The translations under genes and the position numbers were made by a program. Below, piece by piece: positions 10,086 to 19,692 of a DNA stretch of 64,000 bases (positions are counted from its first letter, which is position 1; each line of letters starts with the position of its first letter). This DNA comes from Spirochaetota bacterium (GTDB lineage Bacteria > Spirochaetota > Spirochaetia > Treponematales > UBA12059). The stretch spans positions 12,577 through 76,576 of the forward strand of contig JAPLSN010000011.1 in NCBI GenBank assembly GCA_026398615.1, written 5' to 3'. Below the pieces are notes generated by a model, which was not told where the DNA came from, made no database searches, and was given only the letters and a program-made list of their open reading frames with translations.

Positions 10086-11069
10086 TCAGTTACCTCCACC
10101 GTAGAGCCAGCATGCGACCGACCGGCCGGTCGAAATCCCGGATACCGGCGGGTATTTCTGCTTGCAGATATCCTTCGCGTACTCGCACCGCGGGAAGAAC
10201 GGGCAGCAATCGGGAAGGTTGATGACGTTCGGCGGCTGGCCGGGGATCGAGTAGAGGCGTTCCTTGGTGGTCTTGTCCAGGCGCGGCACGCTCTTGATCA
10301 GGCCCATCGTGTAGGGGTGTTTCGGTTCGCCGAAGATCTGGTCGGCGTTCGCCTTTTCGACGATGCGCCCGGCGTACATGACGCAGATTTCGTCGCACAT
10401 GCCGGCCACGACGCCCAGGGAGTGGGTGATCAGGATCACGGCCGTCCCGAGGCGCTCCGAGAGCTCGTTGATGAGCTCGAGGATCTGCGCCTGTATGGTC
10501 ACGTCGAGGGCCGTCGTCGGCTCGTCGGCGATGAGAATTTCCGGGTTGCACGAGAGCGCCATGGCGATCATGACGCGCTGCCGCATGCCGCCGGAGAACT
10601 GGTGCGGGTACTGGTCGATGCGTTTTTCGGGAGCCGGGATGCCGGCGAGCTTGAGCATCTCGATCGCCTTGTCCTTGGCCGCCTTCTTGTCGAGCCCCTG
10701 GTGGAGGACGATGGTCTCGATCATCTGCGTGGAGATGCGCAGGAAGGGATTGAGGCAGGTCATGGGATCCTGGAAGATCATAGAAATCTTGTTGCCCCGG
10801 ATCTCGCGGATCTCGGTATCCGACATCTTGAGGATGTCCTTCCCGTGCAGGAGGACTTCACCCCCCGCGATCCAGCCCGGGGGCGAGGGAATCAGCTTCA
10901 TGATCGCCAGGTTCGTGACGCTCTTGCCCGAACCGGATTCCCCGACGATGCCCAACGTGCGCCCCTTCTTTATGTCGAAGCTGACGCCGTCGACGGCCTT
11001 GAGCAGGCCCTCGTCGAGCTTGAAATACGTTTTCAGGTCCTTGACCTGGAGGATGACGTCATCGGTCAT
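10086..11069 (-). CDS. oppD: Oligopeptide ABC transporter ATP-binding protein
   Basis: GESGSGKS, IFQDPMTCLNP, FSGGMRQR, ADEPTTALDVTIQAQI. Confidence 0.93.
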   Translation of the reverse strand: MTDDVILQVKDLKTYFKLDEGLLKAVDGVSFDIKKGRTLGIVGESGSGKSVTNLAIMKLIPSPPGWIAGGEVLLHGKDILKMSDTEIREIRGNKISMIFQDPMTCLNPFLRISTQMIETIVLHQGLDKKAAKDKAIEMLKLAGIPAPEKRIDQYPHQFSGGMRQRVMIAMALSCNPEILIADEPTTALDVTIQAQILELINELSERLGTAVILITHSLGVVAGMCDEICVMYAGRIVEKANADQIFGEPKHPYTMGLIKSVPRLDKTTKERLYSIPGQPPNVINLPDCCPFFPRCEYAKDICKQKYPPVSGISTGRSVACWLYGGGN

Positions 11070-11084
11070 TCGTTGCTCCTTGCC

Positions 11085-12164
11085 TCATGCCCGGTTCTTG
11101 CTCTGGGGATCGAGCGCGTCGCGAAGACCGTCGCCGAGGAAGTTCATGGCGAAAAGGAATATGGTCATCACGCACGCGGGTACGAGAAGCCGCCAGGGGA
11201 AAAGTTCCATGCTCTGGACGCCCTCGGACACGAGGGTCCCCCACGAAGCATCGGGCGCGGAAACGCCAAGGCCGAGGAATGACAGAAAGGATTCGCTCAT
11301 GATGAACCCCGGCAACGAGAGGGTCGAGAATACGATAATGACGCCAAGGGTGTTCGGCAGGAGATGCCTGAAGATGATGCGCGCCGAGCTGGCGCCCATC
11401 GACCGCGCGGCTTCCACGAACTCGGCGTTCTTGAGGCTGATGATCTGACCGCGCACGACCCGGGCGATGGTCAGCCAGGATACCATCGCGATGGCGACGA
11501 ACAGGATGATGACGGAACTCTGGCCCTCCTTGCGGAACATGGCCATGAGGATGATGACCACGAGCATGTAGGGCAGACCGTACATGATGTCGACGAAACG
11601 CATCAGGAAATCGTCGAGCCTGCCGCCGATGTAACCGGCGATCGCCCCGATGATGATGCCGATGAAAACCGCGGTGATGGTCCCGATGAAGCCGATCAGC
11701 ATCGAGATCCTGCCGCCGTAGATCGTGCGCGAAAGCATGTCGCGCCCAAGATAGTCGGTGCCCATCAGGTAGACCCTCTTGTGCACGGGATTCACGTTGA
11801 TTTCGGCCTTGATGAGTTCGTACTCGGCCATGACCTTCTCGAGCTCCGGCTTCAGGTCATCGCGTCCTTCGTTGGCTATCATCGCGTTGATCTGGTTCGC
11901 CTTCCTCTGGAGCGTCTCCAGCGCCACCTGCCCGGCGTTCTTGAACGACGGAGGAAGATTGATGTGCTTCATCTCCTGCTCGGTGTTCGAGTAAATCGGA
12001 AGCATCGGGGCCATTAAAGTCAGGACGGCGAAGACGGCCACGATCCAGAGCCCTATCAGGGCCATCTTGTTCCTGCGCAGGCGTTTCCAGGCATCCGCCC
12101 AGAGGGAGACGGGCTTGACCTGCTGGTTGAACTCGTTGATCACCTGGTTTCTTTCAAGGGACAT
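11085..12164 (-). CDS. oppC: Oligopeptide ABC transporter permease
   Basis: SLWADAWKRLRRNK, GTDYLGRD, EFVEAARSMGA, NFLGDGLRDALDP. Confidence 0.93.
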   Translation of the reverse strand: MSLERNQVINEFNQQVKPVSLWADAWKRLRRNKMALIGLWIVAVFAVLTLMAPMLPIYSNTEQEMKHINLPPSFKNAGQVALETLQRKANQINAMIANEGRDDLKPELEKVMAEYELIKAEINVNPVHKRVYLMGTDYLGRDMLSRTIYGGRISMLIGFIGTITAVFIGIIIGAIAGYIGGRLDDFLMRFVDIMYGLPYMLVVIILMAMFRKEGQSSVIILFVAIAMVSWLTIARVVRGQIISLKNAEFVEAARSMGASSARIIFRHLLPNTLGVIIVFSTLSLPGFIMSESFLSFLGLGVSAPDASWGTLVSEGVQSMELFPWRLLVPACVMTIFLFAMNFLGDGLRDALDPQSKNRA

Positions 12165-12174
12165 GCATCTGCTC

Positions 12175-13104
12175 CTATTTGTAGGCGATCCGGGGATCGA
12201 GGAACCCGTAGAGGACGTCGACCAGGAAGTTCATCGTGACCAGGAAAAGGGAATACACGATGACCTCGCCCATGATGAGAGGGTAGTCGCGGTTCAGCGC
12301 CGACTGCACGAAGATCTTTCCGATGCCGGGTATGAAAAAGATCGACTCGACGACTATCGAGCCGGTGATGATGCCGGCGAAGGCGGGACCCAGATAGGAC
12401 ACGATGGGCAGGAGGGCTCCCTTGAGAACGTGACGGCGGATGACAATGCCCTCGCTCAGACCTTTCGAGCGCGCCGTCCGGACATAATCCGAGCGGAGCA
12501 CTTCGAGAATGCTCGCGCGCGACAGACGGGCGATATAGGCGAAATAGGGGAAAGCCAGGGTCAGAGCCGGCAGGATGAGCGTCTTGAGCCCGGCCCGGCT
12601 GAAGATCCAGCCCGACACCGGCAGCCATTTCAGGTTCATCGCGAATACGAGCTGGAGAACAGGGCCTATGACGAACAGGGGAACCGAAATGCCGATGACC
12701 GCCAGCGACATCGCCGAGTAATCCTGCCACCGATTCTGCTTCAGGGCGGACAGGATCCCGACGCAGATGCCCGCGAACGTGGCAAGCGCGAGCGCCACCG
12801 TGCCCAAAATGATCGAGTTCGGGAAGCCCTGGGCGATGAGCTCATTGACAGAACTTTCCTTATACCTCAGGGAAGGACCGAAGTTGCCGATCAGGACGTC
12901 GCCGAAGTAGCGCAGGTATTGCCGGAACAGCGGTTCGTCCATGTGATACTTCTTGAGCAGGTTTTGCTGAACCTGTTCCGGCAAGCCTTTCTCGCCCGAG
13001 AAAGGTCCGCCCGGGGCGACGCGGATCAGGAAAAAGCTGAGCGTGATGATGATGAACATCGTCGGTATCAGGCTCAACAATCTGCGGATGATGTACTTGG
13101 CCAT
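12175..13104 (-). CDS. oppB: Oligopeptide ABC transporter permease
   Basis: YIIRRLL..APGGPF, DYVRTARSKGL, DVLYGFLDPRI. Confidence 0.93.
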   Translation of the reverse strand: MAKYIIRRLLSLIPTMFIIITLSFFLIRVAPGGPFSGEKGLPEQVQQNLLKKYHMDEPLFRQYLRYFGDVLIGNFGPSLRYKESSVNELIAQGFPNSIILGTVALALATFAGICVGILSALKQNRWQDYSAMSLAVIGISVPLFVIGPVLQLVFAMNLKWLPVSGWIFSRAGLKTLILPALTLAFPYFAYIARLSRASILEVLRSDYVRTARSKGLSEGIVIRRHVLKGALLPIVSYLGPAFAGIITGSIVVESIFFIPGIGKIFVQSALNRDYPLIMGEVIVYSLFLVTMNFLVDVLYGFLDPRIAYK

Positions 13105-13210
13105 CGTGTCCTTTTCCTCCGGTGAGGGGATCTACCAGCGCGTGGGGCTTGCAAGGCCGCGCGGAGCCCGCCAGCGACAGGCTCGCGAGCGCGCTTCGGG
13201 CGTCTTTCGC

Positions 13211-13253
13211 AAAAAAGGCCGCGGTGAACGCCCAATGTTCCCCGAGGCCTTTT
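13211..13253 (-). terminator. Hairpin between oppA and oppB (terminator or stabiliser)
   Basis: aaaaggcc...ggcctttt stem; A-run gives a U-tail on the minus strand. Confidence 0.55.
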
Positions 13254-13303
13254 CATGCATCAATCGGCCGCCCGACCCGCGGGCTCAGACGGCCGAATCC
13301 GCA

Positions 13304-14848
13304 TTATTTCTTGAACATGTACTTGAAGGAGTGGAACCCGAGCGGGGTCGCGTACCAGCCGCCCCACTTGGTCGTGTCGATGAGATCCTGGTTGGCATAG
13401 TGGTAGATCGGAATCATCCCCTGGTCCCGGGTGAGGTACATCGCATCGGCCTGCTGCAGGATCTTCATGCGGGCGGCGCCCTTCGCCAACCTGGCATTCT
13501 CGATCAGCTTGTCGTACTCGGGGTCCGCGTACAGGCCGTCGTTGTTGCCGCTGCCGGTCATGAAGAGGTCGAGCATGGTGTTGGGATCGAGGTAGTCACC
13601 GATCCAGCCATGGCGCGCGATCGTGAAGTCATGCGCCTTCCCGCGGAGATCGAGGAAGGTCTTGAACTCCATGTTCTGCAGGGTGACGTCGATGCCGAGG
13701 TTGTTCTTCCACTGCTGCTGGATATATTCGGCTATGGCCTTGTGACCCTCGTTGGTGTTATAGACGATGGTCAGGGTCGGGAAATCCTTGCCGCCCGGGT
13801 AACCGGCCGCGGCGAGGAGCTTCTTGGCTTCCTCGGGGTTGAATCCGATGCCTTTCTGGGGGACGTAGCCGGCCATCGGGGGAACCCATGAGTCAGTCGG
13901 GATCTGCCCGCCCTTCGTGACCTTGTCGACGAGGGTCTTCTTGTCGATCGCGGCGGCGAGGGCCTTGCGGACACGCACGTCGTCGACCGGTTTGCGGGTG
14001 ACGTTGAAGCAGTAATAATAGGTGCCGACCTGGGCGGAAGTCTGGTAATCCTTGCGGAGTTTGATCTCGTCGATCTTGCTCAGCGCGATGCCGTGCATCC
14101 AGTCGACCTCACCGTTCTTGTACATGTTGTAATTCGTCGAATCATTGTCCGAGGCGTAGATCTTGATGGACTTGATCTTGACGTTCTTCTGGTCCCAGTA
14201 CTTGGCGTTCTTCTCGAGAAGGACGTACTCCTGCGGCTTCCACTCCTTGAGGAGGTAGGGGCCGTTGGTGAGGATGTTGCCGGGCTTGGTCCAGTCGGTG
14301 CCATACTTCTCGACGGCGGACTGGGGAACCGGCCAGAACGCGCTATGCGCGGTCATATCGGCGAAGTAGGGCGCGGCGCCGGTCAGCGAATACTCGACCG
14401 TGGTGTCGTTGATCGCCTTGATGCCGACATCCTCGAACCCGCCCTTGCCCTCGTTGAATTCCTGAGCGCCCTTGATGACCATCGCGGGCATGTACGCGTA
14501 CTCGGCGCCGGTGGCGGGGTCGAGGATACGCTTCATGGCGTAGACGAAGTCCTTGGCGGTAACGCGGGTGCCGTCGGACCAAGTAGCGGTCTTGCGGAGG
14601 ATGAACGTGACCTTGAGACCGTCGGGGCTGACCTTGTACGACTCGGCCACGCCGGGGGTACCCAGGTTGGTCTTCGGGTCGTAAGCCATGAGCCCCTCGA
14701 AAAGTCCGATGCCGACGTTCGTGGACGCGACGTCGGTCATGAGGGTCGGGTCGAGGGTCGGCTCGGCGCCGTTGGACATGATGAAGTCCTGGGCGCCGAG
14801 GGAAACCACGGCGGCCAGAGCCAGGAACAGGAATAACGCCTTCTTCAT
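13304..14848 (-). CDS. oppA: Oligopeptide ABC transporter substrate-binding protein
   Basis: Family 5 SBP motifs EPTLDP, FEGL, WSDG..VTAKDF, NGPYLL, VRKAL; AAGGAGG SD. Confidence 0.92.
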   Translation of the reverse strand: MKKALFLFLALAAVVSLGAQDFIMSNGAEPTLDPTLMTDVASTNVGIGLFEGLMAYDPKTNLGTPGVAESYKVSPDGLKVTFILRKTATWSDGTRVTAKDFVYAMKRILDPATGAEYAYMPAMVIKGAQEFNEGKGGFEDVGIKAINDTTVEYSLTGAAPYFADMTAHSAFWPVPQSAVEKYGTDWTKPGNILTNGPYLLKEWKPQEYVLLEKNAKYWDQKNVKIKSIKIYASDNDSTNYNMYKNGEVDWMHGIALSKIDEIKLRKDYQTSAQVGTYYYCFNVTRKPVDDVRVRKALAAAIDKKTLVDKVTKGGQIPTDSWVPPMAGYVPQKGIGFNPEEAKKLLAAAGYPGGKDFPTLTIVYNTNEGHKAIAEYIQQQWKNNLGIDVTLQNMEFKTFLDLRGKAHDFTIARHGWIGDYLDPNTMLDLFMTGSGNNDGLYADPEYDKLIENARLAKGAARMKILQQADAMYLTRDQGMIPIYHYANQDLIDTTKWGGWYATPLGFHSFKYMFKK

Positions 14849-15391
14849 GAATGCCTCCTTGAAAAAGCATGACTGAAAGTGTCGTTATTGTGCGACAAGC
14901 CTGATAAAATATCAAGCGCGAAGTGCCCCGAAGTCCCGATTTTGACATCAGTAAACCGATTTGTACCAATGGAATCGGCGAAGAACCTTTCACATAGTAA
15001 CGATATTGCGGAAAAATGCCGGAATCGCGCCCATTCGGCGTTTCTCCGGCCGAAAATCGCTCCCGCTGGTCCGTTTCCGCTCCGGAACGCGTTCCGGATG
15101 CCCACCGTCTTCGACGGGCTGGAGAGCCTGTTCGGCGACCTCATGCCGAACGGCGACGCCGCCGTCCGCAACGGCGACGGCTTGAAGAGCGGGGCTCCAG
15201 AAGAGCCTTCAGAATGGCGATCCCCCGTTCGTCCCCGGTCTGTTCCGGCCAGAAGTACTGCAAGGCTCTGCCGATACCCGGAATCCCGCATTGCTTCGCG
15301 ATCGAGAACTCGGTATTTTCAGGCTCGACAGCCTGGCAGGGGTGTATTCTCCGGGTCGTACATCGATGCCGGATCGGGGAAGGTGGGCGGG

Positions 15392-15661
15392 ATGGCGAAA
15401 ACCGACGGGGATGAACCTCTCACCGGCGAAAGGCTGGTCAAGGAAGTCTGCCGCCTGGTCCGCGCGGCCAGGAAGCACTGGGATGCGCATGAAAACCTGG
15501 CTTGCCGGCGGGAGCGCGACCGGGCCCTGGAACTCTACGCCACGCTGACGAAGGGCCAGAAAGCGGAGATTCCCCGGGTGTTGCTGATCTGGCTGCGGTA
15601 TCGAAGCGAAAAGTACTTCGGTGAATCCCGGACGCCCCCGGATCGCACGGGCGCTTCATGA
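15392..15661 (+). CDS. Small hypothetical protein (89 aa)
   Basis: Helical, protein-like composition (LVKEVCRLVR..HWDAH..WLRYRSEKYFG). Confidence 0.6.
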   Translation: MAKTDGDEPLTGERLVKEVCRLVRAARKHWDAHENLACRRERDRALELYATLTKGQKAEIPRVLLIWLRYRSEKYFGESRTPPDRTGAS

Positions 15662-16022
15662 CGAAGCGCTTTTCGTCTTTCCCCGCGAAAACACGGGCAC
15701 GCTTGACAGGAAAATGGGCATCCTGCCCGACTCCGGCCCGATTTCCACGTTCCCGTACGGCGACAGGGATGAAATCACCATGGAAATTCCCATGACGGGA
15801 GAAACCGGCTTCTCGCTGAAGGCGCATTCCCGAAAACTGGGCGTGAAAACCATATTCACCGGAAAGAAATACCCGGATTGCGAACTGGCGCTGCTGGGTT
15901 ATTTCCCCAGCCCCGGCGGACTGCGAATGGCCATGGTCATCGAGGAAAATCTTTCCCCCATGTCGTATTCCAATTACCATGTGGTCGGCTGCAACCTGAA
16001 GACCGGATTCCGTAAAGAATAG
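15621..16022 (+). other. Possible hypothetical protein or C-terminal gene fragment
   Basis: Protein-like ORF (not Arg/Pro-biased) but no convincing start or RBS; overlaps the upstream ORF. Confidence 0.3.
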
Positions 16023-16162
16023 ATATCCCCGGCGAACCCCGGAAGATGCGGCTTGCATCGCGATCCCGGCGCGGCGGCCGGGAACCATCGCTGGCACCCG
16101 GTCGCTTCATCCATCGATTGTCGCAAATCTTCTTGAAGAAGCGTACGGTGCGCTTCGCCGGC

Positions 16163-17428
16163 CTACCTGTGCAGCTTGGCCGCGGCCACGAAGGAAAGGC
16201 CGTTTTCCGTGAGGGCCCGCGCCGTCAGGTTGCAGGCGTCGAACTTGTCCAGGAAATTGGTCTGCAGGGCGTCCCATTCGCCCGAGGCTATCACTTCCGC
16301 CTTTTCGCGGAAGTAGTCGAGGATGTCCGAGGGATGGGGCCGGGCGCCGTCAGTTTCGGGATCGCCGCCCTCGTGCTTGGCGGAGATGTTGGCCACGCGG
16401 CCGGCCACCTGGACCAGCTCGTCGCGCCGGTTGTAGGGTTGGCGAACGATGCTCTTGAAGGTCTCGGTGATGTGGTGCTCGAAGCGGATGTTGTGCTCGA
16501 AGCCGAAGGCCTTGCGGAACTGGGCCGTGATCTCCATGGTCTCGTTGTTGATGGAATTGGACCAGTTGAAGCCGATCAGGGGCGTGGTGCCGTCGTCGCG
16601 GGAGAAGAGCTTGGCGGCCAGGAGCGTCCAGAGCCCGGCGTAGGGATTGTCGTTGCCCATGAAGACGGAAATCTTGAACTCGATGTCGATGCCGAGCTTG
16701 TACAGCATGTAGCTCGCCAGCACGGTGCCGGGATTGATGACGAGAACCTGCCGGACGCCGTAGTTCGTGTAGTAATAGAGGAATTCATCGACCCACTTGA
16801 GCGGATAGTCATTGGGTTCGCCGATTCCGCCGAAATAACCCGTGATCGTCGCCGGCCCCCCGAGGTGGACGTTGGAGCCGTCGGTTCCCTTGGTGTCGAG
16901 CGTCTCGACATAGGAGGCGCCGATGATGTCCATGGCGGCCGCGATGGCCGCGAGGTCGCCGTCGGCTTCCTGTTCCTTCATGTTGCGCACCTTGATCCAT
17001 CGCCCGGGCATGAGGGCCCTGCCCTGGATGGCGCGCCTGGCGGCGGCGATCAGCCAGGGGAAATACTGCAGGGCGCTGACTTCGAGGGTGACGGCCGAGG
17101 CGTCCGCGAAGCGGGTCGAGTCGGCCTTCGCGCCGAGAACGCCGCGGCGGTAATCGGCGACTTTCACGAAGGCGCCCGAGTCCCGCTGCTCGCGGAGCCA
17201 GTCCAGGTCCGCCAGGTATTCCGGCTTCGCCGCTTTCACGCGGGAGAACAGGTTGTCGGCTTTCCCCGCCTCGGCGGCCCTGCGGTTGATCTCCTCGGGG
17301 CTGCCGTATTTCGCGACCACCTTCAGGAAATCGCTGACGGCCCGGCACTCCGGATCCATGAGGACGGTGTTGATCGAATCCAGGCGGGACTGGGGAATTT
17401 TCAGGCTTGCGCGCAGTTTGTCGTACAT
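16163..17428 (-). CDS. Uncharacterised 421-aa cytoplasmic protein downstream of panB
   Basis: Typical GC3 codon bias, AAGGAG SD, 19 bp from the panB stop; no family recognised. Confidence 0.85.
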   Translation of the reverse strand: MYDKLRASLKIPQSRLDSINTVLMDPECRAVSDFLKVVAKYGSPEEINRRAAEAGKADNLFSRVKAAKPEYLADLDWLREQRDSGAFVKVADYRRGVLGAKADSTRFADASAVTLEVSALQYFPWLIAAARRAIQGRALMPGRWIKVRNMKEQEADGDLAAIAAAMDIIGASYVETLDTKGTDGSNVHLGGPATITGYFGGIGEPNDYPLKWVDEFLYYYTNYGVRQVLVINPGTVLASYMLYKLGIDIEFKISVFMGNDNPYAGLWTLLAAKLFSRDDGTTPLIGFNWSNSINNETMEITAQFRKAFGFEHNIRFEHHITETFKSIVRQPYNRRDELVQVAGRVANISAKHEGGDPETDGARPHPSDILDYFREKAEVIASGEWDALQTNFLDKFDACNLTARALTENGLSFVAAAKLHR

Positions 17429-17447
17429 GTGCTCTCCTTGTCCTTGA

Positions 17448-18317
17448 TCATCCGAGCGTCTGCAGGAGCTCGTCGTATTCGTCGTCCTTCATGGTGAAAT
17501 AATTTTCCGGCTGGGGGAAGGCCCCGGATTTCACCTCGGCGGCGTAGTTCCTGAGGCCGTTCAGGATCACTTCGCCGGCGTTGCCGTAGACCTTGGCCAT
17601 CTTCGGCTTGAACTTCGGGTAGAGGCCGAACATGTCATGGTAGATCAGGAGCTGGCCGTGGGCGCTGGGGCCGCAGCCCAGGCTCATGATCAGGCAGTCC
17701 TTGGAACGTTCGGTGATGAGCTTGCACACGCGGTCGGGCACCATCTCCAGGAGGATCATGAAGGCGCCCGCCTTTTCCAGCAGCTTGGCGTCATCCACGA
17801 TCCTTTTTGCCATGGCGGCGCTCTTGCCCTGCACGCGGAACCCGCCGAGCATGCTGGCCGATTGCGGGGTCAGGCCCAGGTGCCCGATGGCGGGGATTCC
17901 GGCCGAGACGATCCCGTGGATGCGGTCGGCCATCTCGCCGCCGCCCTCGAGCTTGATCGCGTCGCAGCCGGCTTCGGCCATGAAACGGCCGGCGTTGCGG
18001 ATGGCGGTCTCCACGCTGGGCTGGTAGGTCATGTAGGGCATGTCGCCCACGATGAAGGTGTTCGGCGCGCCGCGGCGGACGGCCGCCGCATGGGGAATCA
18101 TGTCGTCCATCCGGACGGGAAGCGTGCCGTCGTAGCCGAGGATGGTCATGCCGAGGCTGTCGCCCACGAGGATCATGTCGATGCCGGCCTGTTCCTGGAG
18201 GTAGGCGGTCGGATAGTCATAGCAGGTGAGCCAGGAGATCATTTCGCCACCGGCGGCTTTCTTGAAAAGGTCCGGAAGGGTCAGTTTTTTCTTTTGCCCG
18301 GATTTCGGATCGGCCAT
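17448..18317 (-). CDS. panB: 3-methyl-2-oxobutanoate hydroxymethyltransferase
   Basis: LTCYD, ILVGDSLGM, DMPYMTY, KLEGG, GHLGLTPQS; AAGGAGG SD. Confidence 0.96.
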   Translation of the reverse strand: MADPKSGQKKKLTLPDLFKKAAGGEMISWLTCYDYPTAYLQEQAGIDMILVGDSLGMTILGYDGTLPVRMDDMIPHAAAVRRGAPNTFIVGDMPYMTYQPSVETAIRNAGRFMAEAGCDAIKLEGGGEMADRIHGIVSAGIPAIGHLGLTPQSASMLGGFRVQGKSAAMAKRIVDDAKLLEKAGAFMILLEMVPDRVCKLITERSKDCLIMSLGCGPSAHGQLLIYHDMFGLYPKFKPKMAKVYGNAGEVILNGLRNYAAEVKSGAFPQPENYFTMKDDEYDELLQTLG

Positions 18318-18505
18318 ACGTGCCTCCTTGATCTGAATTGCGGAATCGCCAGGTGCCCGGCGATCATGGGGGCAATCATATGACGGATCGGGCGAATTCG
18401 CAAGTTCAGGATGCATCGCCGGTGCGTATCCGTACCGGGTGCCGGAAAACGCGGGGGGGGGGTCGACGCTGCAAGCGCGGTTCCCCGCGAGGACCGACGG
18501 GAAGG

Positions 18506-19603
18506 CTACCAGGCCAGGCCCAGCGACAGCCGGACGCCGCCGCCCCTTCCATCCGCGACGGGAAGCACGGCTAGCGAAACCCCCGGAATCCCGCCGGCGA
18601 CCGGTCCCCGGCGGGATTCCGGCTCGAGGCCCCCGGTGAACGCGACCGCGAGCGCCTGGCCCGCGATCGCGCAACTCGCGAACACGATGGTGCCCGACCG
18701 GTCCGCGTCGAACGGCGTCAGCCCCGCCATGACGTTGACGGTCGTGCCGACGAGCATGCCCGCGATGCCCCCGACGCTCACGAGCCCCGAACGCAGCGAC
18801 GACCACCGGAGGGCTTCCTGGCCCAGCGCGCCGACGACGATGCCCGCATCCATGGCTGCTGCCGCCGCGATGCCGTTCACGTAGCGGTTTTCGCAGCGGA
18901 CGAGTCCGCTCAGCGCGATCGCCTCGTAGAACGCCGCCCAGGCGGCCGACTGCGACGCGAATGCCGCCTGCCCGAAGGAGAGGTCCCTGTCGCGCACGGT
19001 TAACCACGCCGCACCCCGCGCCGCGATCATGGCCGCCAGGGTGCCGCCCGAGACGATCTTCGGGTCGGGCTGGTCGTCCGCGAACGCCATGTACAGCGAC
19101 AGCCAGTTCGCGACAGTCAGGGCCTCGACGGACTCGATCCAGAGGTCCTGCGCCGCGCCGATCGGGCGGCCTCGGCTCATGAGCCACGAACTGCCCAGCC
19201 CGAGCCCCGCGCCGCCGAGCATGAGCGCGCCGGACGGCACCGGGTCCGATTCCGGGTTGATGCCCAGGATCTCGAAAAGCAGGCTCGCCGACGAAACCCC
19301 CGTGACGAGACCGCCCAGGTAGAACGTGACGATGCCGGAATTGTCCCCGCCCTCGGGCGCATCGGAGGGCAGGAAGTCGTCGACGCGCCGGGCGTACTCC
19401 GAATCCGGAAACCGGGTCTTGAGCTCGTCGGCTGCCTTGCGGGCCGCAACCCAGTCGGATCGTACGCACGCCTCGAGCACCGCGATGTACGCGGCCTCGG
19501 CGTCGTCCACCCGGGCGGGGGCTGGGGCGTCCTGCGCACTTAACGGGAGCGCGCAGGAGAGGACAAGACACACCAATGCCGCGGTGAACCTGTGCATGTT
19601 CAT
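18506..19603 (-). CDS. Hypothetical membrane protein (signal peptide, short TPR-like segment, Gly/Ala-rich helices)
   Basis: Signal peptide LSA|Q, LKTRFPDSEYA, multiple hydrophobic segments. Confidence 0.7.
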   Translation of the reverse strand: MNMHRFTAALVCLVLSCALPLSAQDAPAPARVDDAEAAYIAVLEACVRSDWVAARKAADELKTRFPDSEYARRVDDFLPSDAPEGGDNSGIVTFYLGGLVTGVSSASLLFEILGINPESDPVPSGALMLGGAGLGLGSSWLMSRGRPIGAAQDLWIESVEALTVANWLSLYMAFADDQPDPKIVSGGTLAAMIAARGAAWLTVRDRDLSFGQAAFASQSAAWAAFYEAIALSGLVRCENRYVNGIAAAAAMDAGIVVGALGQEALRWSSLRSGLVSVGGIAGMLVGTTVNVMAGLTPFDADRSGTIVFASCAIAGQALAVAFTGGLEPESRRGPVAGGIPGVSLAVLPVADGRGGGVRLSLGLAW

Positions 19604-19692
19604 GGTTCCCAGCATACTGCATGGACAGAGCGGGGCCAAGGACCGGCGGCCGGGATTTCCACATCAGCCCTTCCCTTCGGGCGCCCTTCCCT

